A stretch of DNA of 64,000 nt from the NCBI RefSeq assembly GCF_006345805.1, contig NC_043009.1, forward strand, positions 52,266,001 to 52,330,000, read 5' to 3'. Both the position numbers and the translations under genes were made by a program. Below, piece after piece: positions 51,661 to 64,000 of this stretch; the first letter of the stretch is position 1, and every line of letters begins with the position of its first letter. This DNA comes from Octopus sinensis. Taxonomy: Eukaryota. The notes under the pieces are model-generated. The model did no database searches. It was not told where the DNA came from and saw only the letters and a list, made by a program, of their open reading frames with translations.

Positions 51661-52454
51661 CGTTATTGAGTACGACTGATATTGCTCACACTAAAGTACA
51701 CAATCAATGTGACCATTGACACTACTGAATCCTGATTTATTACAGGTTTATATTATAGAGGAGGTGCAGAAAAGTTTTTAGCTTTTAAGTTCAGTTCAGT
51801 TCAGTTCAGTTACAGGGTTTAGAAAAATTGAATGATCACTGTTATAGGTTTCTGAATCTGAGAGAGGAATAAGTTGGCTAAAATCATAATCCTCCTGTAT
51901 TTCATTTTACCAAAAGCAAAGAACTTTTCACAACGCTCTCATGAAGTCCAGATTGACAGAAGATTGAAACATAAATGCTAGAATCGTTAGCGTGAGATGA
52001 AATATGTTGTTGAACATGATTTCGCTTCTTTGCATATTGAAATTAACACGTAAACCGAGAGCCAAATATAAAGCCTTTGGCTCCTGAAATGTCGAAAATT
52101 TAAGTTTCCTTGAATACAAGGGCCCGATGGGATTGACTATATAAACTTGCATATTACAAATCAAATGACGCGCATCAACTGAAGAACAAATTATATGTAT
52201 ATAAAATAAATGCAAATTGAAAAAATTATTAATGCTTTAGTTTATTAAGTATGTTTTATGAAAAATATGCAAACTAAGGCAATCATTATCGTTTGTTCTT
52301 TGTTCATATTTAATTACTTTTGCTGAGATTATTTTACCACGTAGATTTGTAACCAATAAATGAATATTCTCTAAGAATTTGAAAAAAATAAATAATAAAA
52401 TACCGAAATTACTGCACTTAAAATCAAATTATATATGCTGTATTCAAATAATTA

Positions 52455-52620
52455 TTTATACGTGTATAATAAAAATGGATGTGCGTGTGTATATATGTGT
52501 GTGTGTCTCTGTGTGTCTGTCCGCCTGTAGGAAGAAAAACTGCAGCGTCGATATAAAAACTAAAAGCTAATCCTTGTGTAAAATTTCATGACGAAAACAA
52601 TGGAAATCTCTAGTCTCTAG
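52455..52620 (+). mobile_element. Possible 5' end of a Helitron-type element
   Basis: TATAATAAAAATGGATGTGCGTGTGT...GTCTGTCCGC layout; lies upstream of the Helitron coding remnant. Confidence 0.3.
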
Positions 52621-53457
52621 CAGACCTTCGAAGTAAGCTACTGGCCCCTTTCCAACATGTCAAAAATCGCATTTCAAAACTAAATGAAGGGTTGCTAATT
52701 CTTATATGCCACTTCCAAGTTAACAATAAATAATTGAAGGGTCTAAGGTAGATAACATTTATCTCTCTTTAGTATCGCTTTCAGCTCAAAGATACAGTCA
52801 TGGTGGAGCACCACCGTTTTGTTACACTGTTATTATTGAGAGCCTCCTCTGATATGTGACATTTGGTAAATAAGGGAGTTTGATGTCGCTGTCCTCATTT
52901 GCGACTCCTGCCGCGAGGTAGGTTCATCTGTGACCCTCAACAGGAAGAGATCCAATTTTGTTTTAAAAACACAAACATCCATTTTGTGTAGGTCCCTCAG
53001 GCTCTTTAGGAGTATATTAAAAGTTTGTGGGCCCCTGAAACCCGGGCTGTTGCAGTAAATGGTCCTGAACGCGACAGCATGGTCCGCTGTCTACCTTCAC
53101 AATAGAAACCGTGGAAGATCACTTTCGTTTAATTCCCAGTATACCTTCAGAATAGAAAACGTAACTTAGATTTCACTCCAACATTTTTCTTTTCTCGCAC
53201 GTATTCCACATCAGAATTTATGAGGTCAACTGTCATTTTTCCTATCTCACTCCAGCATATTTGTACAAGCCTTCATTTGAAAATATCCATTTTCCCTAAA
53301 CATAGGAAGAAACAAATTCGCTGGGGCGCTCTTCTGTAGGTATGCCATATGCCTAATATAACGACACACATAATAACATGTGTGTCGTTGTATGTGTGGG
53401 TGTGTGTCTGCCTGTGTATAAATGTAATAACCTTTATTACATTTTATTGCTTTAAGA

Positions 53458-54560
53458 AAAAGAAGACCTGACGTTGAGGGTCATCCAAATATAAAACTAT
53501 TTGACTCGACAGTTTACTCGGTGTATCCGAGTCACTATAAATGTAACTTTTCGAGGCGGCTTCTTCACGAAATAAGAGGACCGACTTCTTTTTCTTTCCT
53601 AAGAACGCTTGATGGCCAAACTCTTCGTACTTATAGAGAATCCTGTTGAGCCTTAAATTTGTTAGAATATAACAATAAGTGGATAGAAATATGACTGAGG
53701 ATTCAGTGTCACGCAAACCTATTTCTTTGAGAAATCCTTTCGCAATTCTTCTCCGGAAATGGGAAGTAAGTAATCCATTAGCGTTGTGGCACAAATATAA
53801 GAATGATTTATCAGAAGACAACAAATATGAATGGCAATGAAGATTCCTTGAGAGGTAAATACCATTCAACGATGACATATATATTCTGCATTGATTGATA
53901 TTGAAGATCACATTGTCTCAATGGGAAGGGAGGAACTCAATTTGGCTTACCCGAAACTCATCGAAATGATGTGAATAATTTGATTACAAAAGTATTGCGA
54001 GAAACTTTTTATGATATTGATTCATTAACAAGATTTCTTGAAGAAAATGAAACCGAAATTTCTGCCAAATCAACACCTTGCATATACAACAATCATTGAC
54101 AAAGTGACATATAAGACAGGAGGATTATATCTTTTAGACGCATCAAGAGGAACTGAACAAATTTTGTTGCAAATTTAGCGCTAGCCAAAGTCCGACAGAA
54201 AAGGAAAATAGCCTTAGCTGTAGCGAGCTCTGGAATTGCTGTGACTTTACTCCCAACAAGTCGAACAGCTTACGTAGAATTCAAGCTGCCAGTCAATCTA
54301 ACTCCAAACGATGAGCCTGTCTGTATTATTGGTAAAAGTTTTTCTTTAGCACAAGTTCTCATGATATGTTGTTTGATCGTATGAAACGAAGCTTCACTGT
54401 CCCATAAAAATCAGTTTAAGCTGTTAACGGAATGCTGCAGGATATGCGCAATTCCAATTGTTTGATGCGTGGTGTGACAGCAGTTCTTTCAGGTGATTTC
54501 AGACAAACTTTGCCAGTGATTTCCAGGGAAAAAAAGGCGGATGTTTGCTTCATTAATAGA
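53458..54560 (+). pseudogene. Helitron Rep/helicase remnant (PIF1-like helicase N-terminal half)
   Basis: LLHEIRGPTSFSFLRTLDGQ..TYRESC; LRNPFAIL..SNPLALWHKYKNDLSED; LLDASRGT (decayed Walker A); KIALAVASSGIAVTLLP..RTA..FKLP; GVTAVLSGDFRQTLPVI. Multiple stops and frameshifts. Confidence 0.92.
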
Positions 54561-54753
54561 TTGAAATACTCTAGATCATAGGCCTAAAGGTGATGTGCAC
54601 CCATATTAATATTGGCCAGCTCTATCGTCTACATCAAAGTTAACAACCATTTCTTATATATGTTCAATACAATCTAAGTGAATAACTTTCAGTATTCATA
54701 ATACAATTTTGGCAGCTTGTTTCAACCCAGTCAATAATGGGTGTTTCTGGCAG

Positions 54754-54844
<91 letters not shown>

Positions 54845-55404
54845 TTCATATAATTACTTTAATCGATGCCATTTTTGTTTTCATATTGCAAAACTAGAAA
54901 TTTTCGAAGACAAATATGGTTTCAACTAAACTATAGAATAAACCATATAAATATTTCCTTATCATTCTTCTTTGCATTAAAAAAAAAGACTTAACCATCA
55001 TTTTTCGACTACGAACATTTTGAATTACTCTCATTTCTAAAATTCTTGAAGCAATTCATATTCTGCCTGTTATGCATGTTTTAATTTACAAAGCTCGTGC
55101 GTTAACAAGACGTTAATTTTTTTATTATCATTGAAAAAAATAGCTGGTTCAAATCTTTGTTCACTGTATTTTGAAATCTATTTCCTTTCTTTTATTCAGA
55201 GAATCAGTGTAGATTTTCGTGCAAAAGTTTTAATATTCTTTTCTTCCTCCATTTAATTTCAATCTCCTGTTTAAGTTTGGGAAAAAATCATTAGAATGTT
55301 TAAGTCACTGTGTATACGAGTGTGTGACAGATATTATTTTCTATAAAAATGGAACTGCAAATAGCAACTGCCACAATAATTACACGGCACACTACAACTG
55401 TGCC

Positions 55405-55872
55405 AATATTCTTTTCTTCTCTAGGCCAGAAATTTTGGGGGAGAGGTCCAGTCGATTAGATCGACTCCACTACACAATTGTTACTTAATTTATCGACCCC
55501 GAAAGACAAAGTCGACCTCAGAGGAATTTGAACTCAGAGCATAAAGCAGACATGGGGCTAGACACAGAGGGGACAAACAAAGACAGACAAACGGATTAAG
55601 TCGATTACATCGACTCCAGAGCGTAACTGGTACTTATTTAATCGACGCCGAAAGGATGAAAGGCAAAGTCGACCTCGGTGAAATTTGAACTCAGAACGTA
55701 ACGGCAGACGAAACACCGCTAAGCATTTCGCCCGGCGTGCTAACGTTTCTGCCAGCTCGACATTTTAAAACTGTTGGCAATATTCTTTTCTACTCTAGGC
55801 ACAAGGCCCGAAATTTTTTTTTTTGTGGGGGGAACAGTCGATTTCAGTGACTCCAGTACGCAACTGGTACTA
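55405..55872 (-). mobile_element. SINE family A cluster: short-tail copy 55405-55551, long-tail copy 55552-55760, tail fragment 55779-55872
   Basis: Repeated GTCGACCTC..GAATTTGAACTCAG cores; head GCCAGCTCG at ~55751-55759. Confidence 0.85.
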
Positions 55873-56267
55873 CTACCTCCATCACCAACAACGCCAACAA
55901 AATTAACAGCAACAGTAATAAACTTAATTAATAATATAATTATATTAATGATGTTGATTGTGATGATAATATGTATTCGTAAATCTAATAGCAATGATCA
56001 AAAATACTATTGATAGTAATAAACAAAAGGACAATAATAATGATGATGCTGATGTTGATGAGGATGAAGACGATGATGATGATAACGATGATGATGATGA
56101 TGGTGATGAATTTGATGGTAAAATAATTTGGAGGGTTGGGCCTTCGGCAACACCTCGTATGTCAGTCTGAATGTAGGATAAGGAAGTCAAATCAAGTGAT
56201 GATATTTTGAAACCGTTTAATACGTAACGGTCAGATAATTGAGCTTTAGACCAAAAGGGGAATGTCA

Positions 56268-56305
<38 letters not shown>

Positions 56306-56332
56306 TATATATATATATTATATATATATATA

Positions 56333-56534
56333 TACTCTTTACTCTTTACTCTTTACTTGTTTCAGTCATTTGACTGCGGCCATGCTGGAGCACCGCCTTT
56401 AGTCGAGCAAATCGACCCCGGGACTTATTCTTTGTAAGCCCAGTAATTATTCTATCGGTCTCTTTTGCCGAACCGCTAAGTGACGGGGACGTAAACACAC
56501 CAGCAATGCTAGGGAGACAAACACAGACACACAA

Positions 56535-56565
<31 letters not shown>

Positions 56566-56736
56566 CATATATACGACAGGCTTCTTTCAATTTCCGTCTA
56601 CCAAATTCACTCACAAGGCATTGGTCGGCCCGGGGCTATAGCAGAAGACACTTACCCAAGATGCCACGCAGTGGAATTGAACCCGGAACCATGTGGTTGG
56701 TTAGCAAGCTACTTACCACATAGCCACTCCTGCGCC
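56333..56736 (-). mobile_element. SINE family B, full length
   Basis: Reverse complement of the 39541 copy, from TACTCTTT tail to CTCCTGCGCC head. Confidence 0.92.
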
Positions 56737-56737
56737 T

Positions 56738-56786
<49 letters not shown>

Positions 56787-56889
56787 TTATATAAATAAGG
56801 ATAAGATCGTTAATTTAAAATAAAATAACGATCTTCGCAAGTGCCAGCATGGAAAAAAATAACCTTCAAAGGTAATAATATTAAAATTG

Positions 56890-57144
56890 TAAATTAGGGT
56901 ATCTACGAGATGCCACCATGCTGAAAATAGCAGCCATGATCTGACTCTAAAACCACGTTAAGTGTTCATATAGCAACACGGAGAGAAGACAAAGATAATT
57001 ATCCATTACCCAGTAATTTTCACTAGTTTCATCTTGTCTCTTTGTCTTCTCTCCGTGTTGCTATATGAACACTTAAGGTGGTTTTAGAGTCAGATCATGG
57101 CTGCTATTTTCAGCATAGTGGTATCTCGTAGCTAGCCTAATTTA
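56890..57144. repeat. Near-perfect hairpin, ~105-bp arms and 43-nt loop
   Basis: 56903-56995 pairs with 57039-57131 with about 3 mismatches; looser pairing extends to 56890/57144. Confidence 0.92.
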
Positions 57145-57983
57145 TAACTGCAATAATATATATATATACATATATATGAACATACTTTTTAGTAATAGGG
57201 CGAGTGCGTTATGTACACATATTCGTTGTAAACGAGAGACGATTCCCCTTTGATTAAATACAATAGCGATTAGGGTATTGACACTTGAATCTTCAACGAT
57301 GTATTAAGAATAAGTAATCGCTGTTCTACGTGGAAATGAGCAAATGCTATGCATGTGTGTGTGTGTGTGTGTGTGAGTCTGTGACTTTGTGTATGCGTGT
57401 ATTTTCGTGTGTGTGTGTGGCAATTAAACTGAAATTTTTCACTGTCATTGCTCAGCATTTCATGATCTTCCTCTTTGACTTGATTAAAGATACATTCTAA
57501 TACGCATGTGTATGGTTATACGGTTGTATTTCTCATCAAAACAATGCTTATAAATATAATATTCTAAGATTAAAATGCTCACAATGGTAAGTTTAAATAT
57601 TCATATGACACTTGACAAGGTACTTCGTTATAAAAACGTATCTATAAAAATTACTGTGATAAGCGAGAAGTGCCTAAGAGATGTTCGTGGAGGAAGGTAG
57701 TGAAAAGATAAATGAGAAGAGATTGCAAAGAATATTGAAATGCAAAGACACGTGAACGATAAAAAGAACATATAAAAATTAAAAGAAAAGTAAAGAAAGA
57801 AATGGCAAGTTGGCATGACGAAAGAGATGAGGAGCAGGAGTAGTTAATATAAAGGAGTAGGCGAGGCAAAAGTAGGAAATAAAGACGACTCTGGACTTCA
57901 TATTTAAATTTTTTCTGAGTAGATTTAACAGTTATGCACAGCATGCATATATATATATATATATATGCACAGCATGCATATAT

Positions 57984-58030
<47 letters not shown>

Positions 58031-58510
58031 AAGGGCTGTTGACACAATCGTTTCATTCACAAATTTGAATTCGGTGATACTAGTTGAGGATTCTAGCTCG
58101 CTCTGATACTGAGTTGAGTTGGTACCTCCTAGTATCTCAAAATTCAATATATAATCATTTATGATTATAGTATTCCACGCTGAAGAGAAAAGAAGTTTCG
58201 GTAAGATAGAATTATTTAATATTTAATATTTTAATTCTTATGCTTCCTAAAACTTGATTTCGAAACGTACGTCCGTGGATAACTTTTAAAAATGTTTGAT
58301 AGATGCGGTTAATTCATTCTCTCTTACCTGTTTGTGTCAGCCTTCCAATTGCTGTTTTTACTGAGATCTCCCTTTTTAGTGGAAGAAATAGCTATAACCC
58401 TTTGACTGCTATTTCTAAATTCGGTATGTGGTAAGGCAACTCGTTGCTGAACCCTTATTGCTTAGTATATATTATATATATATTATATATAATGGTTAAG
58501 CACAGCATGC

Positions 58511-58588
<78 letters not shown>

Positions 58589-59043
58589 GTACATATATGC
58601 ATATATATAGATATGCATATAGATACAGATATAGATATATATATATATAAATCTATATGTATATATGCTTGTATGTGTTTGTGTCTGTCTGTGTATGCCT
58701 GTGTATATATGTGTGTGTGCGTGTGCGTGCATGTGTTTTTGTTTGTGTACAAGCGAGGATGACTGTACACTCACGTGATTCAGAAAATAGAAAACGTACT
58801 TTTAGAAAGGAAGAGGATAAAAGAGAAGGAGAAATTCAGACGATGAAATGAAGGAAATCGCTTAAAATTTACGAGGCTGAATGATACAGGGTCATATGTA
58901 CGTGTAATATCACTAAGTTCCTTTGTAACTTGACAAAACCATTCATACGTGCATACATGCTTGCACAAATTCATTCAAACATGCATATATATAAATCACT
59001 CACGCACACATAACAGACACACTCATGAATACAAAGAACATAA

Positions 59044-59236
59044 AGCGAGCTTACAGAAAGGTCAGCATGTCGGTCAAAATGATTGAGACGGTATAAAAAC
59101 CGCCTCTTTCCGTTCTGAGATCAAATAGCGCCGATGTCAAATTTGCCATACATCCTTTCCGTATCAACAAAATAAAGTACTTACGAAGTACTGGGGTCGA
59201 TGTAGTCGAATTGCAACCCAATCAAAATTGCTGCCC
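59044..59236 (+). mobile_element. SINE family A, highly degenerate
   Basis: CGTTCTGAGATCAAAT..CTGGGGTCGATGTAGTCGA..CAAAATTGCTGCCC. Confidence 0.65.
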
Positions 59237-59562
59237 ATCTACCCTGTAACGAAACGTGGTCCCTTTCGGGGAATTATTCTGATCTCAGCGACTTATACAA
59301 TTTGAAACGGTTAACTGGTTTTATGAGTCATGGAACTGTAGGAGAAAGTGACTGGTACTTATTTTTTATTTCTTATATAAAGAATTACCGTCATTTAGAA
59401 TTGTCCTTATATTTCAAATGATTACAAGTAATCACTTCATTAAACAGCATTTGAAATCGGGTGGCTATTCGTATCTAGAGCAGCGTTGCACTTAATTTTG
59501 TTACATTGTATAATTTGTGGAACTACAGCTTTATTTCTTTCAATATCATTTCATTTTCAAAG

Positions 59563-59985
59563 AGCCCAACTGCCAGGACATTTAGCACGCCTGACAAAAT
59601 ACAGAGCGTTATTTCGTTCGGCGTTACGTTCTGAGTTCAAATTCGACGTCGAGTTTGCCTTTGATATTTTCAAGGTCGATAAAATAAGTACCAGCTGAGC
59701 ACTGGGTTTCACGTAATCAACTTATCCTCTTCCCCAACCCTGTCACAAAATGTGAAATTAATATTTCATTTTCAAGAACGCCTAGCTGGAAGAATCGTTA
59801 GCACTCCGGGCAACATACCAATCGATATATTCGTCTAGCCTTACATTCTGAGTTCAAAATCCGTCTACCTCGACTTTGCCTTTTATCCTTTCGGGGTCGA
59901 TAAAATATGTAGCGGACGCGCACTGGGGTCGATGTAATCGACTTACCCCGACACCTGAACTTGCTAGCCTTCTACCCAAATTTTT
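59563..59985 (+). mobile_element. Two head-to-tail SINE family A copies (~59563-59760, ~59782-59985)
   Basis: TTAGCACGCC..CGTTACGTTCTGAGTTCAAATT; GAATCGTTAGCAC..CACTGGGGTCGATGTAATCGACTT. Confidence 0.8.
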
Positions 59986-60299
59986 TGCCTTCATTACTTT
60001 TATTATACGCTAACTACACTGACGTGTTTCTCTAACTTGGGAACGTCTCATGTTTTGCTATGATTTTGTATTTACTGTAAAACTCAGAGTATTCTATATG
60101 AAATATGTACATTTTCTACCATTTCTTTTGTTGTATATTGCACGTATTTGCAAATTTACTCTTATGATTCATTATATCCTTCCCACAGCAGCTACAAATA
60201 TGGTGATACTTTCAGTTTCCGGTTATCTGAGTATGGCGTCCTTATTTTTAGTTTATGTTTGGTGATTTTCTCCATTTTCTTTAGAGATACATTGTTATC

Positions 60300-63200
60300 T
60301 ATTGGGACTGTGTCTTTGATAGAAGTTAATTTCCTTCAAATAAGGTTAGATTCTTTACAACAATAGCTAGTCAATGATGCCTGTTTTCATAGTTTGTCTG
60401 AACTGGCATTTTTCATAATATAGTCGCTTTGCGATTCTGAGACATTTTTTTAGTGAATGTCTATTCTACCTCTTCCGAATATTTTATAAATCTACCACAT
60501 AAGAGCCTGTATGTGGAAGGAAATCTCTGACATAACTACAGATTTCTTGTCCCTTGAATAAAACCGGACAGCCACAGACATTGTTAAATAAATCTTTCAA
60601 ACCTCCTCATATTCAGCAGTAAATTAAAGTATTCTACTTAATAATTTGCCGTTATCAGTATATGAAGATCTTCATTCTCTGCTGCAACCAAATGTTCTTC
60701 CCTCTTAGTGGCAGGTGTCTCTGAGTCTTTGCATCTATCTATTCTTCATCTATTTTCCCAGCATTTATTCCTTCAAGCATTGGGAAAATGTGGGATTTTA
60801 TTACGACTGTGTTAACGATTTCTGTAGCAACATCTCAGTTTAGTTATTAGCTTTCTCACAATTTCTGATGTTTCTACTTTTGTTTTTAAATTATAAGTTA
60901 CGGCAGCATATGCATTTGTTTTCATTTTGAATATTTTCAGGAAAAAGTTATTTATATTAGTTTTCCATTGTGTCATACTAAGTTTTTTTTCTTTTTCTCA
61001 TGATCACATTTAAATTGTATTCGCTCTATTTGTAGTGAATACAACCGTTGTCTATCAGATTTCAGCTGATATATTTTAAATACTTTCATAAGATTTCTTT
61101 TTCCCTCTAATTTTGCATCATGCTGAGTTCGACAAAATTATTGATATTTCTTACCTTTGTTTGCAGTCAGCTCTATTTTAATTAATAATCTAAGTCTATA
61201 GTATTCGTTCCTTATCTTTCCTTTTCTGTCTCCATTGTCCTCTCTCTAGTTCATTAATTCATATGTAGTTCTCTTTTGGCTTAATTATTTTAACACTTTT
61301 TTCTTTGTTAAACATGACTATAATGTTCTTAATTAAGTTTCCTCTCTTCAATGTTTCCTAGTCTCACTTTCATAAGTTGAATTTTATATGACTTCCTCTA
61401 GTAAATCAGCATCTTCTTTTATTAAAACCAGTAAATATCATAAGACGTGTGACTTGTAGTGTACAATATAATGTTATCTACTTACCCAAGCTGCTTGCTT
61501 GTTTCTCGATATGTTAAGTCTGAGTTAATATGTCGGTTAATGGTATTAGTATCAAAGAGTAAAGTGGCATGCGAGACGGAGAATCGGTGATGAGTGTGAT
61601 GGGATTAGACATATAGTATCTCGTCTCTCTACCAAAATAATTCATGACATGTTTAACGTATATTCTTATGGTTCCAGTATCCACCTTTATAGAGTGCTCT
61701 ATGAATTTTATGATTGTTGGTGCTACTTTGTCAATGGCTAGTGTTTCGAGGATCCATGTGTGGGGGATGCTATCAAACGCCTTTTTGTAGTCAATCCAGG
61801 CCATACTGAGGCCTTTCTTCTTTCTGTGGCTGTCTTCAGTTACGGCTTTATTAATCATTAGTTGATCTTTACAGCCATGTCAATAGTCTTCCGTTTGTCT
61901 ATCCATGCAATACTCATATACGTTTATATCATTCTGTAATACTTGACTATAACTTATACCCGTACAAATCTTTGTAATCTCTCTTGTTTTCTTCGTTATT
62001 AAATGATGCAAATCATTTCCACCTATTAATCTATTTAATATTTTTGCAGTTAATGCTTTGCAAATTAGAGTATTGTAAAAATGGGCTCTTTATATGATGT
62101 TTATTTAGTTTCGGAGATTAAGATGTGTTACCGCTCATATAATCACTTATGTGTTGTTTCAACTTATTTCAATGTCATATTAAGCATATTTACACTTAGA
62201 TGACATCTGTTTATTCAAAGTAGAAATGTGAGGTTTTATTTTTATATTTCTTTTTATTAATTTCTAATTCTTTTGCTTTTTCATGGATTGGAGATATTTA
62301 TTGACTTGATACAGCTTCACTCATTTTTACATTTACTGTTATTGTCTTGAAAACTATCATGTTTGCTGATTCCTCTGCTGTCCAAGTCCATCCGCAGAAG
62401 TCTTCATGTTATTGATAATGCATCGATTCTACTCTATTTTTCCTAGTCCTTGTGAAAAACCTTTTGAGGTTTGGCGAGAAACTGTTTCACTCAAGGTATT
62501 GACACTTTCAAAAGGATCGCTTTTGAAAGTGAGTTTCAGTTGCTCTTTAATATCGAGTACAAACTTTCAATATTCTTACATTTCTGAATTATATTCTCTC
62601 GTGTATCCTATTGTCTTTTGGTGTTGATCCTTTAAAGAATTTACAGATATTTCCTTTCATTTTTTGATGTTATTTTACGTATATATTTTCCTTGTTTTCT
62701 TGGTTTTCAATGTCCTTCTATGTACATTGTGTTCACTCTTGTATTATTGATTTTTCTTGTCTGATTTCATTATGTATGGAAGGAAAATTACAGTTAGTTG
62801 TTATCGGTCTTAGTATTTTATCTTTACGCTTTATAACTGAACTGTCCCTTCGTCGAAACATTTGAATGTGTTTCAGTTTCTTTCTTTTGCTATGTTCATG
62901 TTTAAATTCTTGTCATTTTGATAATGTCAATCTTTAGATATTCCATACACTAAAATCTTTCTCATAGTCATCTCGTTTGTATTAAATAGTTCAATTGTTT
63001 GTATTAAACCGTTAAGCTTTTGCAGACTAGTGTTCAGTAAAAAAAAAAGAACATGTTCAAAAAGTTTGTTCCACCTGTGTTATTTCTAACTTCGTGGTTA
63101 ATGTTTCTTCAATGATTACAGCTCTGTTGATTCTTTAGTGATCGTTAATTGCCTCATCATTATGGACCATTTCTTTAAATATTCTATTTTCATGCCTGAT

Positions 63201-63330
63201 ATGCTTTTGGCTTTTAGAATCCATTTTCTTTAGTTCCTTAATTTGAGATCAGAATTGTTTTCTCTCAAATTGTATATTGAATTATTATCGTACTTTCAAC
63301 TATGATGGTGGATGTTAGATTGTAACCGTA
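60300..63330 (-). mobile_element. Heavily decayed R4/Dong-type non-LTR retrotransposon ORF (RT and downstream region)
   Basis: HGCKDQLMINKAVTED..KKGLSMAWIDYKKAFDSIPHTWI (61514-61880); KIRNEYYRLRLLIKIELTANK (~61150-61230); CGCPVL (~60550). Outer limits approximate. Confidence 0.8.
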
Positions 63331-63599
63331 AACGTATTGACAGTATCGATAGAGCCTCTCATCATTTAGTTTGCGGATTTTTCCAGCATTTTATATTTTC
63401 AGTTCAAGTACCGCCGACGTGAGCTATGTCATTCCCAGTAATGGAATTCTTGCAATTGATTAATAACTTCTATACATACAAAGAATACATCTTCGGAGCT
63501 GCTACAGATACTAGAAGCACGACAGAAACGTCCGTCAGAGCTAAGGGAAACATGCACATTTTGTTCCAACATTTATTTTCTAAGTTCAAAAGCCCGTTC

Positions 63600-64000
63600 A
63601 AATTTTAAAAGGTATTCTAAAGAATATTACTTAGTCAATAATGTGTTTTGCTTTCATTTGTACGAGTCGCATCTAAGTCTCAACCATCTAAGATAAGGGG
63701 CAACAAGATTTTTCCATCTGAAGATTCTAACGGATGAGGTATCATGCAATTGGAAATACTGTCTGGAGTAGAGAAAAAGACACACTGGGGGTACCTTTAC
63801 ATGGAGAGGAATCTATGTATAGTATAAGAAGTACCAATAAGTATGATCTTCTCTAATTCGCTTATTTAGGGGCTGCCAGGAACTTGGTCTACCTACTGTA
63901 TTGCTCTTCAGGATATCATTCCAAGTGCCCCAATAATAATAGGCAATGTTATTTTGGGATTTCATTCTCCATGTCCTAATATTTGCTCAATTTTTCAAAC
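63600..64000 (-). mobile_element. 3' end and UTR of another R4/Dong-type LINE (continues beyond the window)
   Basis: EKLSKY*DMENEI..TLPIIIGALGMI...ELEKIILIGTSYTIHRFLSM*, matching the REL-type C-terminus EKxxKY..IPVIIGALG..ELQKI.LLGT..ILRR.L. Confidence 0.85.

Noticed and set aside
63426-63608. 60-aa + strand ORF between the LINE pieces
   Set aside because: No motif recognised; probably incidental

Overview
AT-rich, microsatellite-dense animal DNA. The SINE families resemble those known from octopus; this is an inference from repeat content only. There is no confidently supported intact host protein-coding gene. Most ORFs in the supplied track are translated simple repeats. The window holds many tRNA-derived SINEs of about four local families, and decayed retroelements: a Penelope-like RT plus GIY-YIG element, R4/Dong-type LINE pieces, a Tx1/L1-like ORF1 and a CR1/L2-like 3' end. 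It also has a Helitron helicase remnant, a possible MULE remnant and a 100-N gap at 35489-35588. The standout is at 23628-26619: a ~3 kb fold-back structure containing a near-identical ~358-bp tandem array. Each full unit carries a type I hammerhead ribozyme motif with a U3-A8 covariant core, a palindromic ACGCGU stem III and an extended bulged stem I. There are six motifs, two on - and four on +. The structure starts exactly where the Penelope-like ORF breaks off, suggesting a retrozyme or pLTR-type self-cleaving RNA system. A second, unrelated minimal hammerhead lies at 29106-29148. All alignments and folds were done by eye.
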